This document shows, piece after piece, positions 18,829-27,361 of a stretch of DNA of 32,000 nucleotides. The first letter of the stretch is position 1. Each line of letters begins with the position of its first letter. Source of the DNA: Telmatocola sphagniphila. GTDB lineage: Bacteria > Planctomycetota > Planctomycetia > Gemmatales > Gemmataceae. The notes under the pieces were generated by a model. That model was given only the letters and a program-made list of their open reading frames with translations, was not told where the DNA came from and made no database searches. The position numbers and the translations under genes were made by a program. The stretch covers positions 5,640,001-5,672,000 of the forward strand of contig NZ_CP074694.1 of the NCBI RefSeq assembly GCF_018398935.1, in the 5' to 3' direction.

Positions 18829-21164
18829 GTTCCTGGCGTATCCCCGTCTTCGGCGTTCGCCATCTCTCCCCCTCCGGAGCGTGGCACCTGCGTCGATTTC
18901 TCGACAAAGTTCGGCCGAAGGTCGTACTTATTGAGGGATTGGACGATGCCGGGCCGCTCGTCAGCGACATCACTCTGCGCAATACCAAGCCTCCCATAGC
19001 CATTCTTGCGTACACCGATTCGCAGCCGGTGCGAACCCTGGTTTACCCGATGGCCCGTTACAGCCCGGAGTATCAGGCTCTGCAATGGGCTAAAGAGAAT
19101 AAAGCGACAGTCGAGTTCATCGATCTTCCCTCCGACATTTTTCTCGGCCTGCAAGACATCGAGTCGGAGCGTAATGAGCAGTTCCGCAAGAAAAGAGAGG
19201 AAGCAGAACCAGAGAGTACGGAGAAAGAGGAAGAAAATTCGCAGAGCCGCTGGCGACCCGAACGAGGGGAATCCATTTATCAACGCATCGCGGCCCGCTG
19301 TGGCGAACCCGATTACGATACCTACTGGGAACGCCGGTTCGAGCACAATCTCCAGGACGACAGCTACCGACTGGCGGCGTTTGAATTGGGTAAGGCCCTT
19401 CGCGACGAAGAAGATCCCCCGATCTGGCGAGCGGAAAATCTGGTTCGCGAAAGCTATATGCGACGGCGCATCGAGGAGGTGATTTCCAAAGGAGTGAAAG
19501 CCGAGCAGATTGTGGCCGTGGTCGGAGCGTTCCACGCATCGGTGCTCAACGGCGATTATCCGGCCATGACCGATGAAGAACTGTCCCGCTTGCGCCGACG
19601 CTCGAGCAAGCTCACACTGATGCCCTATTCGTATTACAAACTCTCCACGCAATCGGGCTATGGGGCCGGCAATCATGCCCCGGCCTATTTTGAGTTACTT
19701 TGGGACAGTCTCCAACGCCGGGAACTTCAGGAACTGCCTGGCGAATATCTCTCCCAAGTTGCCCGGCATCTGCGCGAACGGGGAACTCATCGATCGACGG
19801 CGGAAGTCATTGAAGGTGTGCGGCTGGCCAGAACGCTGGCGGCATTGCAAGAGGGTTCCGCAACAACGCTCCGAGATTTACGCGATGCGGCGGTGACCCT
19901 CATCGGTCATGGTGAAGCCCTTGTCGTGCGGGAGGCTTTGGCCGATATCGATATCGGCTCGGCCATCGGCGAATTACCCGAAGGCGTGAGCCAGACCTCG
20001 ATTCAGGAAGATTTCGCCCGGGAACTCTCCCGCTTGAAACTGGAGAAATATCGCACATCCACCGTTCAGGATCTCAAACTCGATTTGCGTGAAAATCGTC
20101 GAGTCCACAGCGAAGAAGCGGCCTTTCTCGACCTGAATCGCTCATCGTTTTTCCACCGACTTCTAATGCTCGGCATTCAATTCGCCACTCCGGTTTTGCT
20201 TCGACAGCAATCGACGACCTGGGCCGAGCATTGGCAGTTGAAGTGGACACCGGAATCCGAAATTGCGCTGGTAGAAGCCGTCTTACTCGGCGAGACCGTC
20301 GAACTGGCAACTGGCTTTCAATTCAAAACTCTCCTGGAAAACTGCAAAAACATCGGAGAAGCGAGTGATCTGGTGACGAAAGCCTGCCAGTGCGGGCTGA
20401 TGGCCTCCATGGAACTGGCTCGGCAACGCCTACAGGAACTTGCGGCCACCAGTACCGATATGAAGGTTATTGCCCACGCGACTTTCCAACTGAGCCAGGT
20501 GATTCGCTACGGGGATGTTCGCCGGTTCGATCCGGCCCCACTCCTTCCCCTGATGGAACAATTATTTGTCTCCGGTAGCCTCGCCTTACATTCGGCGGCC
20601 AATTGCAACGATGATGCCGCCAAGGAAATTGTTGTGGCCATCGAGGAGTTGAATCGAGTGAGCCTGGAACATCACGACCTTGTCGATGAGGCTCTCTGGC
20701 TGGAACAACTGCGGAGGCTATCCGATGCCGATGATCGCAACCCGCTTCTCTCGGGATTTGCCTGCGCGACTCTTCTGGAACGGAATCTGATTGAGAACGC
20801 AGAGTTGGTACGCGAGGTGTCGCGCAGGCTCTCCCCCGGTGTGCCCGCGGATCTCGGAGCCGGCTGGTTCGAAGGGCTCGCCAAGCGCAATCGGCATTCC
20901 TTGCTGGCCCGCCAATCACTTTGGGAAGCCCTGGATAGCTATATTGCTTCACTTGATCCGGATCAGTTCAAGCGAGCCCTGGTGTTCCTGCGTCGAGCGT
21001 TTGGCGCATTCAGTCCTCGTGAAAAACGGCAGATCTGTGAGAATCTCGCCCATTTCTGGGGTGTCGATGAAGAGAAAACCTTCGATGCCGTCGCCAAACC
21101 GCTGAGTGAAGAAGAAGAGAAGACCCTCAAGGACCTTAACGAACTCGATTTTGGGGATTTCTAA
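18825..21164 (+). CDS. DUF5682-like large protein (YehM-like) with an N-terminal TraB/PrgY/Tiki-like domain
   Basis: The frame is open from the ATG at 18786, but an in-frame GTG at 18825 overlaps the ATPase stop (GTGA). That start gives (M)SSWRIPVFGVRHLSPSGAWHLRRFL, the N-terminus I recall for this family. The rest is an about 530-aa helical region ending in the acidic tail SEEEEKTLKDLNELDFGDF. Confidence 0.75.
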   Translation: MSSWRIPVFGVRHLSPSGAWHLRRFLDKVRPKVVLIEGLDDAGPLVSDITLRNTKPPIAILAYTDSQPVRTLVYPMARYSPEYQALQWAKENKATVEFIDLPSDIFLGLQDIESERNEQFRKKREEAEPESTEKEEENSQSRWRPERGESIYQRIAARCGEPDYDTYWERRFEHNLQDDSYRLAAFELGKALRDEEDPPIWRAENLVRESYMRRRIEEVISKGVKAEQIVAVVGAFHASVLNGDYPAMTDEELSRLRRRSSKLTLMPYSYYKLSTQSGYGAGNHAPAYFELLWDSLQRRELQELPGEYLSQVARHLRERGTHRSTAEVIEGVRLARTLAALQEGSATTLRDLRDAAVTLIGHGEALVVREALADIDIGSAIGELPEGVSQTSIQEDFARELSRLKLEKYRTSTVQDLKLDLRENRRVHSEEAAFLDLNRSSFFHRLLMLGIQFATPVLLRQQSTTWAEHWQLKWTPESEIALVEAVLLGETVELATGFQFKTLLENCKNIGEASDLVTKACQCGLMASMELARQRLQELAATSTDMKVIAHATFQLSQVIRYGDVRRFDPAPLLPLMEQLFVSGSLALHSAANCNDDAAKEIVVAIEELNRVSLEHHDLVDEALWLEQLRRLSDADDRNPLLSGFACATLLERNLIENAELVREVSRRLSPGVPADLGAGWFEGLAKRNRHSLLARQSLWEALDSYIASLDPDQFKRALVFLRRAFGAFSPREKRQICENLAHFWGVDEEKTFDAVAKPLSEEEEKTLKDLNELDFGDF

Positions 21165-21169
21165 CCACC

Positions 21170-22399
21170 ATGTCTCTTGAAAATCTTCAGCGCTGGCGGC
21201 TCATACTCGGCAAGTCTTCCGAGGATTCCCTCCGTTCGAGCGCTGGACGAATGGGTCATTCAGGCGGCCTTCTGAGCGGCGATATGGCCGACATCGATGA
21301 TGCCCTCGACGTCGTTTATGCCGAAGACGACGGGATCGACCTCACCCGGGAAGAATGGGAGAACGACTCCGGTTCCAAGCGCGGGGCGGTCAAGGGAAGA
21401 ACCTATCCCAAGGTGGCGCGCTGGCTGGGGGAAGTGCGTCGGTTGTTCCCCACGGATATTGTGACTCTGGTACAGAAAGACGCGATCGAACGCAAGGGCC
21501 TGAAACAACTTCTGTTCGAGCCGGAAATGCTGGCCCAGGTCGAACCATCGGTCGACCTGGCTTCCATGGTACTCTCCCTCAAAAATCTGGTGCCGGAAAA
21601 GGCCAAAGCTGCCGCCCGCGATCTCGTCCGACGAGTGGTGGAAGATCTGCGAAAAAGGCTGGAATCGCGAATGCAGCAGGCCGTGCGCGGCGCGCTCAAC
21701 CGCAATCAGCACAGCCCCTTTCGCAGCCTGGCCAATCTGGACTGGCAGAGGGTGATTCGTCAGAATCTCAAAAACTATAATCCCGAGTTGCAAGCATTAA
21801 TCCCAGAGCATTTTTCGTTTTTCAGCCGTCAACAGAAGCGCAATGAATGGAATGTCATCATCGCCATGGATCAATCGGGCTCCATGGCTTCTTCGCTGAT
21901 CTACGGCGGCGTCATGGGAGCGATTCTGGCGAGTATGCTGGCTGTGGAAACGCATGTGGTCGCATTCAATCACGAGGATGTCGTCGACCTGACGGCCGAG
22001 ATGCACGATCCAGTGGACCTGCTTTTTGGCATACAACTGGGCGGGGCCGAGGATTACTGGAAAGCGACCTGCTACTGCGAACAGTTCATGCATACTCCGG
22101 CAAAAACGCTCTATATACTCTTGGCCGACCTGTATGATACCAGCCCGAATCAGCCGAAGTTTGAAAAAAGGATAGAACAGTTAATCGAAGGCGGGTTAAA
22201 GGCTGTCACGCTGCTGGCGATCAGCGATCAAGGGAAGCCCTCTTATAATCACGAGTTAGCCAAGAAATTGACGAACCTTGGCATGCCCTGCTTCGGCTGC
22301 TCTCCCGATCGGCTACCGGATTTGTTAGCCGCCGTGCTTAAAGGACAGGATTTGAACGTATTCGCCAGCCAGGCTGAATCGTCTCAGTCTCCGCGCTGA
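21170..22399 (+). CDS. VWA (von Willebrand factor A) domain protein with an intact MIDAS start motif (YehP/CoxE-like)
   Basis: 409 aa, starting 5 nt after the previous stop. N-terminal LQRWRLILGKSS. MIDAS DxSxS = DQSGS at 21869-21883, within NVIIAMDQSGSMASS. Later LYILLADLYDTS matches the distal VWA motif. Confidence 0.85.
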   Translation: MSLENLQRWRLILGKSSEDSLRSSAGRMGHSGGLLSGDMADIDDALDVVYAEDDGIDLTREEWENDSGSKRGAVKGRTYPKVARWLGEVRRLFPTDIVTLVQKDAIERKGLKQLLFEPEMLAQVEPSVDLASMVLSLKNLVPEKAKAAARDLVRRVVEDLRKRLESRMQQAVRGALNRNQHSPFRSLANLDWQRVIRQNLKNYNPELQALIPEHFSFFSRQQKRNEWNVIIAMDQSGSMASSLIYGGVMGAILASMLAVETHVVAFNHEDVVDLTAEMHDPVDLLFGIQLGGAEDYWKATCYCEQFMHTPAKTLYILLADLYDTSPNQPKFEKRIEQLIEGGLKAVTLLAISDQGKPSYNHELAKKLTNLGMPCFGCSPDRLPDLLAAVLKGQDLNVFASQAESSQSPR

Positions 22400-22590
22400 G
22401 TCCCGGGAACAAGCAAGAGCTTCATTTGCCAGCTTTTTATCATCCCGCTTGAGTAAACCAGGTGGAGAATCGTCAAGAAGTTTTGGGGATCGAAAGACTG
22501 GACTGACCCACGAAAATGGACTCCGATTTAAGCTCAATATGCTAACTTGGGAGATTCGTATGGAGAAGACATTCCGATCCAAAGCACCCT

Positions 22591-23166
22591 ATGGCCGTTT
22601 ATGGCCGCGCAAGACTTCACGACTTGAGAGGAACAGTCAATCGACTTCCAAGTTTGCGACCAACTGAATTGGATAAGGATTCGAAAGAGATACCTTTGGC
22701 TGCGACGGGAGCTGATGGAGGAGGAAAATCTCTGACCCCTGCGCTGACCCCTGAATCTGATTTTCGGAGATTAGTCTCAAAGTCGTTTGATGATGCTGAA
22801 GTCAATTCACTGCTAACGAGTGGTGAACGTAAACTCTTGCAGGTTATGGCTTTTGATGAAGCTAGAGGACGGGAGATAGCAGAAGAAAAGAATGCCCCCT
22901 CACGGGCTCGATCCGTGGACCCGCTGATTAAGAGTCAGGATTGGCAAATTGTAAACGTCGATCTGTCAAAGCTTTACGATATAAACAATTCAAACAGTAG
23001 CTATTCTGGTAGCAATGACCAAGCGAAGGCGTGCGGCACGGTGCGAAAAGATCTGATCGTCCTTTCGCCCGAACTCCGGCGAGTTATCGAAGCTTGGCCC
23101 AAACTGACGGAAGAGTTTCGCAATGCGATCCTCTTGATCGTTAAAGCAAACCTTCCGGCATCATAA
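22591..23166 (+). CDS. Hypothetical protein (ORFan-like)
   Basis: 191-aa ORF in an AT-richer stretch. The N-terminal half is low-complexity. The C-terminal LSPELRRVIEAWPKLTEEFRNAILLIVKA looks like a genuine helical motif. The start codon is uncertain. Confidence 0.4.
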   Translation: MAVYGRARLHDLRGTVNRLPSLRPTELDKDSKEIPLAATGADGGGKSLTPALTPESDFRRLVSKSFDDAEVNSLLTSGERKLLQVMAFDEARGREIAEEKNAPSRARSVDPLIKSQDWQIVNVDLSKLYDINNSNSSYSGSNDQAKACGTVRKDLIVLSPELRRVIEAWPKLTEEFRNAILLIVKANLPAS

Positions 23167-23448
23167 TCTAAAAAATGGCTATCGCGTTCGCCCATGGCTA
23201 CCTGGCGTACTTACGCCTGCGGTCGTAGGCTGCTGAAAAGAGGCAGCAAGTCGGAGGATGACCGGCTATTAGCTCTCTCCGCCAAATAGGAAAAGGCCTC
23301 GGCTCCTAGGGGGGTCTCTTCACACTTGAATATTCATGGCACCCGATGCCAACCGAATCGTATCCCTACCATCGATATTGAGTATCGTGAATCTCATCTT
23401 TAGCACTAGCAGATAGGGATGAACCTTCTCAGAGGTCTCCTTTAAGAG

Positions 23449-24099
23449 CTACGATACTAGGAATCCCCCGGGTGTTCCGCCTTCTGCAGCGTCGTCCGGT
23501 TTAGTGGCTACGCCGTCCATCCACACGGGTCGCTTGAATGTCCAATCGGGCAACTCGGTAGGTAAGGCGTATCCTTCAGTCGTCATCTGCTGGACTAACT
23601 CCTTCACCCGCTTTTCGGACTGACATATTACATGAATCACATCGTGGTGATCGGTCTGCAATATTTGGCGGGCGTGATCCGGAATGAAGAACAAGTCGTC
23701 GTCGACGCACCACCCGAAAGCCATGAAAGTGAACAGCGTGGCAATGAGCTTGTTCTCTTCATGCCGCTCGTACCGGACGGCACCAGCCCAGCCATCTGGA
23801 ATGCCTGCTCCGCGGAGTACAACATCTCGAACACCCTCATTGCAGGATCGCGAGGTGCTCGCCATTGGCCAGCCTCCCGAGCGGGGCCAGAGTAGGCCCG
23901 AACGCCATTCGTCCAAACCTTCTAAAAGGGAGGCTGCGAAGTTCGTCCAAGTTGCCGGATCAGAAGGGAACGTCCAGAAGCGAGAGTATTGTGTGGGTGG
24001 TAGAAAGCTCAAACAGCCTGAATCGGGGTATCGTGGATCGACACCAACGCCCTTTCTCGTTGTCCAAGTCCAGAACTCCGCCTCACTGATGGGTTGCAT
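23449..24099 (-). CDS. Hypothetical protein (Trp-rich, no recognisable motif)
   Basis: 216-aa ORF and the longest in this interval. Its overlapping plus-strand ORFs are Ser/Arg-rich, consistent with off-frame translation. I recognise no family. Confidence 0.4.
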   Translation of the reverse strand: MQPISEAEFWTWTTRKGVGVDPRYPDSGCLSFLPPTQYSRFWTFPSDPATWTNFAASLLEGLDEWRSGLLWPRSGGWPMASTSRSCNEGVRDVVLRGAGIPDGWAGAVRYERHEENKLIATLFTFMAFGWCVDDDLFFIPDHARQILQTDHHDVIHVICQSEKRVKELVQQMTTEGYALPTELPDWTFKRPVWMDGVATKPDDAAEGGTPGGFLVS

Positions 24100-24507
24100 C
24101 CGAGTTACCCAACCAAAACTACGAGAATACGATTCGGGGCGGAGTCGCGTTAGGGCTTCTCCAGAATTAACAAGTTACATCAAAGCCTGCGATCCCTATC
24201 TTTAACTATACGGTAACCTTCACTGCTCTGGATAGTTCGTCGATTCAGCAAAGCAGCGTATCAGGAGATCTTGGCCCTGTAGGCTCCCGATCAAAGTTCG
24301 GAGCTATCATAGATTCCGATTCGTCGAAGACATCCATCACGTTCGCCGATCCGTCTTTGACAAGGTGTCTCGATCCGTAGCCTGCAATGGTTCCTTCGTT
24401 CCATCGCGATGCCCAGATATGACTTAAAGGAGATTATTCGGTTGCAAAAAATCGGCGAATTCGGAGACGCTCAGGTTCAAAATAGTCAACACCACGAGGA
24501 GAATGTC

Positions 24508-26544
24508 ATGAACGTTTTGAGGTTCAGTATTGTGTGGATCCTGAGCTTGAGCTTCTTGCTCGGAGCGATCCACGCAGACGAGCCGACGAGACCGGAAGCC
24601 GACCCAGCGATAGTGCTGATTGATCGACTTGTGCAGGTGGATCAGCAAGATACTGGCTATTCCGGCAGTACATCTGGTACGGCGTTCCTTCCCCTTGGGC
24701 GGAACGAATCCCATACTATGCTGCTGGGTCAGCGGCCCCGGGTTCAATCCGACGCTATGCGATCGTTGGTGAAACTCGGCGTCAAAGCCATCCCATCGCT
24801 GCTCGACCACCTCTCCGACGACCGACGTACCAAGATTGTGATCGAACACGCCGGCTTTTTCGGCGGTTTCTTTCTCACCCAGGATCAGGGAGAAAAGGCC
24901 GAGGAGAAATTTGGTGAAGGGTTCAGTGCCGGCAAACGCTATTGTGTGCGTGTAGGGGATCTTTGTTACGTCGCACTCGGGCAGATCGTCAACCGTGGAT
25001 ATTTTGCCGTCCGCTATCAACCAACAGCCATCATTTACGCCACCTCCGTGCCGCATTGCAAGCAACTCCGTGCCGATCTGCTCAAGGAGTGGAAGGGACT
25101 ATCAGCCGAGACACACCGCAATTCGCTAGCCAAAGATCTGGAATCAGATTCCGAGTACGTCCGAGTCGGAGCTTCAGTTCGATTGGCGTATTATTACCCA
25201 GTGGAGTTCGAGACGCTCGCTATCAAACAGCTCGGACGCCCTACGTACGATGTGTTCGCGGTGGAGAAACTGGTCCGAGATGAACTCTACCCGGCCAAGT
25301 CGGCAAAGGATCGAAAAACGCTCGTGGATGAATTTGTCAAGAAGCACGGCGAGAGCGCTCTCGAAGGCATTCGCTGGAATCTGTTTGAGGATCTGGACTC
25401 CCTGGAGGCCGACGAAGAAGGGAGGAGAAGTCCAAAACTCGACCCCAAGTACAAAACCCGTGAGTGCCTGATGGATGTGTTTGGTCTACCCGCCAATGTC
25501 AAGAGTCAAGATCGGCCAAAGACCCAACCGCTCTCCTACACCACCCAAGCCCGGTTCGTCCAAACTTTGCTGTACGATCCTGGGGAAAAGCTCGATCAAG
25601 CCGTTCGCGACCTGCTGGCGAAGACCGAGGATGATTACATGGCCGAGGGTTGCCTTGACCGGCTGGTAGGTCGTGGATACGACGCTGCTATTGAAGAGTA
25701 CCTAAGACGCCGTCTACCGAAAGTGAAGGAGCGAAATCGAGAAGAACTCAAGAAGTACGAAGCAAAGCTCGGTTGGACCCGACTCCACGTCGCAGTAGAA
25801 CTGAACGTACCCGAATTCATTGAGACCGCGTTAATGGGCAAGATCGACGTGAACGCCCGCAGCAAGGATGGCCGGACGGCGTTGCATCTGGCCGCGGCAG
25901 CAGGTAATGGCGAAGCGGTCGAATTGCTTCTGAAATCGAAAGCCAACCCCAACTCGAAAGATGGTATCGGCCGGTTGGCGGTGCAACTGGCAAGCGCCGC
26001 CGATCATCCCGAAGTCGTCCGGAAACTGGTCGCGAGCAAAAGCGAGGTGCCAGACGTGCTGACCGCTGCGACTGTCGGAGATGCGACCCGCCTCGGCGAT
26101 CTGCTCAGAGGCAAGAGTCACCTGGTGAAGGAACGAAACGAATCGGGCTACACGCCGCTGCATATAGCGGCCCGCGAAGGTCACGACGAGTCAATCCGCG
26201 TACTGCTCCAGGCGGGGGCCGATGTTAATGTATTAGCCGTTGAGACGAACAATTATGAATCAGCGTATGGGTGGACTCCGCTCCATCTAGCCGTAATGAA
26301 CGGCAAAGCTAGTACTGTAAAACTGCTCCTTGAAAAGGGAGCCAACGTAAACGCCGCCGACAAGGGCGGAAAGCTGACCCCATTGCATTATGCTGCGTGG
26401 GCCGGAGACGCCGAACTGGTGAAGATATTACTAGCTGGTAAAGCCGATCGGGGAGCGAAAGACACTCGAGGCCGTATGCCACTCAACTTAGCGACGGAAC
26501 GGAAACACACGATGGTGGTCAAGTTGCTCAAGGAATCGAACTGA
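24508..26544 (+). CDS. Secreted protein with an N-terminal unknown/HEAT-like region and a C-terminal ankyrin-repeat array
   Basis: The tracked ORF starts at 24409. The ATG at 24508 is preceded by AGGAG and starts a signal peptide MNVLRFSIVWILSLSFLLGAIHA. The C-terminal ~270 aa hold several ANK repeats (DGRTALHLAAAAGNGEAVELLLKSKANPN, SGYTPLHIAAREGHDESIRVLLQAGADVN, GWTPLHLAVMNGKASTVKLLLEKGANVN, LTPLHYAAWAGDAELVKILLAGKAD). Confidence 0.85.
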   Translation: MNVLRFSIVWILSLSFLLGAIHADEPTRPEADPAIVLIDRLVQVDQQDTGYSGSTSGTAFLPLGRNESHTMLLGQRPRVQSDAMRSLVKLGVKAIPSLLDHLSDDRRTKIVIEHAGFFGGFFLTQDQGEKAEEKFGEGFSAGKRYCVRVGDLCYVALGQIVNRGYFAVRYQPTAIIYATSVPHCKQLRADLLKEWKGLSAETHRNSLAKDLESDSEYVRVGASVRLAYYYPVEFETLAIKQLGRPTYDVFAVEKLVRDELYPAKSAKDRKTLVDEFVKKHGESALEGIRWNLFEDLDSLEADEEGRRSPKLDPKYKTRECLMDVFGLPANVKSQDRPKTQPLSYTTQARFVQTLLYDPGEKLDQAVRDLLAKTEDDYMAEGCLDRLVGRGYDAAIEEYLRRRLPKVKERNREELKKYEAKLGWTRLHVAVELNVPEFIETALMGKIDVNARSKDGRTALHLAAAAGNGEAVELLLKSKANPNSKDGIGRLAVQLASAADHPEVVRKLVASKSEVPDVLTAATVGDATRLGDLLRGKSHLVKERNESGYTPLHIAAREGHDESIRVLLQAGADVNVLAVETNNYESAYGWTPLHLAVMNGKASTVKLLLEKGANVNAADKGGKLTPLHYAAWAGDAELVKILLAGKADRGAKDTRGRMPLNLATERKHTMVVKLLKESN

Positions 26545-26986
26545 CTGCCTGAATCGAGCAAACTGGGAAAGCAAGTAAATGACCCCGTTGCTAAGTTTAC
26601 GAGCTTTTAATTGTCACGATTTAAACTATCAGCAACGCCACCCGAGCTCGGTCCATTTTGTACCTGAGTATTAACTGACCAAGAGACCATGCAACGCATA
26701 GTCCCGGTACGAAACCCCGTGCAAAACGGGCTCGGAGTTACGACAGTCGAAGACTATGAACTCGCTAGCCTACCTCGGAATCCTGGATTCGCAAATAGCC
26801 CGGAACTGCGAAATTGATTCCCAGACAAATAGAGATTCTTTGCTTTAGTCGCTAGATAGGACAGACATTATAATCCCCTTGCTTTGTCGGCTCAACGGCC
26901 AGCTAGCGTCGACTCGAAATCGCGAATTTACTCTTTAACTTCAATTAACCGAAGGACAGGGGTTTTTTGCCCTTGCGCTAAGCGAA

Positions 26987-27361
26987 TTAACTCCGCCTAT
27001 TGGGTCGTGGGCATCCGTCGTCCGCCCATTTCTTGAATGCTTCCAGGCTCCACTGAACGGCTCGACCAATCCGAATCGGATTCGGCATCTCTCCCTCCGT
27101 TTGCATTCACCTGATGAATCGGGATGACACGTTTAATAGCTTTGCCGCATGCCGCGCATCGATCAACAATCCTTCGTCTGTCGGTGGTTCCTCGTCACCG
27201 AAGAGGGCGTTCCGGGAGGCTCGAAGGCGTGCTTGTCTCCCGGCATCTTCTTCGGTACCCTTCTATATGATCTGCCGGATTGCCGGGACAAGCAATTCCA
27301 CCAAGTTTTTCGCGGCATCGTCGTACAAGGTAATCGACAGTTGAATTTGGATAGTTCTCAT
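26987..27361 (-). pseudogene. Decayed excisionase/AlpA-type helix-turn-helix gene with two in-frame stop codons
   Basis: One minus-strand frame reads MRTIQIQLSITLYDDAAKNLVELLVPAIRQII-TAG(27265-27263)-KGTEEDAGRQ...DEGLLIDARHAAKLLNVSSRFIR-TGA(27109-27107)-MQTEGEMPNPIRIGRAVQWSLEAFKKWADDG...-TAA(26989-26987). The segment AAKLLNVSSRFIR[*]MQTEGEMPNPIRIGRAVQW matches the excisionase-family HTH pattern (aa.llgvs..tiyrW...G.lP..riGr.vrw). The TGA sits where the conserved Trp (TGG) is expected. Every piece is under 60 aa, so none appears in the ORF track. Confidence 0.5.

Noticed and set aside
18699-19676. 325-aa minus-strand ORF antisense to the MoxR/DUF5682 genes. Similar long antisense ORFs occur at 15-680(-), 984-1928(+), 5076-5729(+), 6859-7764(+), 12656-13465(-), 21260-21793(-), 24424-25065(-) and 28792-29667(-).
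   Set aside because: Each lies fully inside a sense-strand gene that has clear family motifs. Their translations are Arg/Gly/Ser/Pro-rich with no recognisable motifs, as expected for stop-poor antisense frames in GC-biased coding DNA.
22400-22460. Possible terminator after the VWA gene (…AGCTtcatttgccAGCTTTTT…)
   Set aside because: The stem is only 4 bp and self-palindromic, too weak to call. The end of the operon transcript is therefore undefined.
23174-23183. 10-mer AATGGCTATC repeated at 23174-23183 and 27799-27808, considered as possible island-flanking direct repeats
   Set aside because: Hundreds of chance 10-mer matches are expected in a 32-kb window. The flanks of the two copies do not extend the match.
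24409-24507. Upstream ATG start for the ankyrin protein
   Set aside because: The internal ATG at 24508 has an AGGAG Shine-Dalgarno sequence and starts directly at the hydrophobic signal peptide. The 33-residue extension is hydrophilic and probably not translated.
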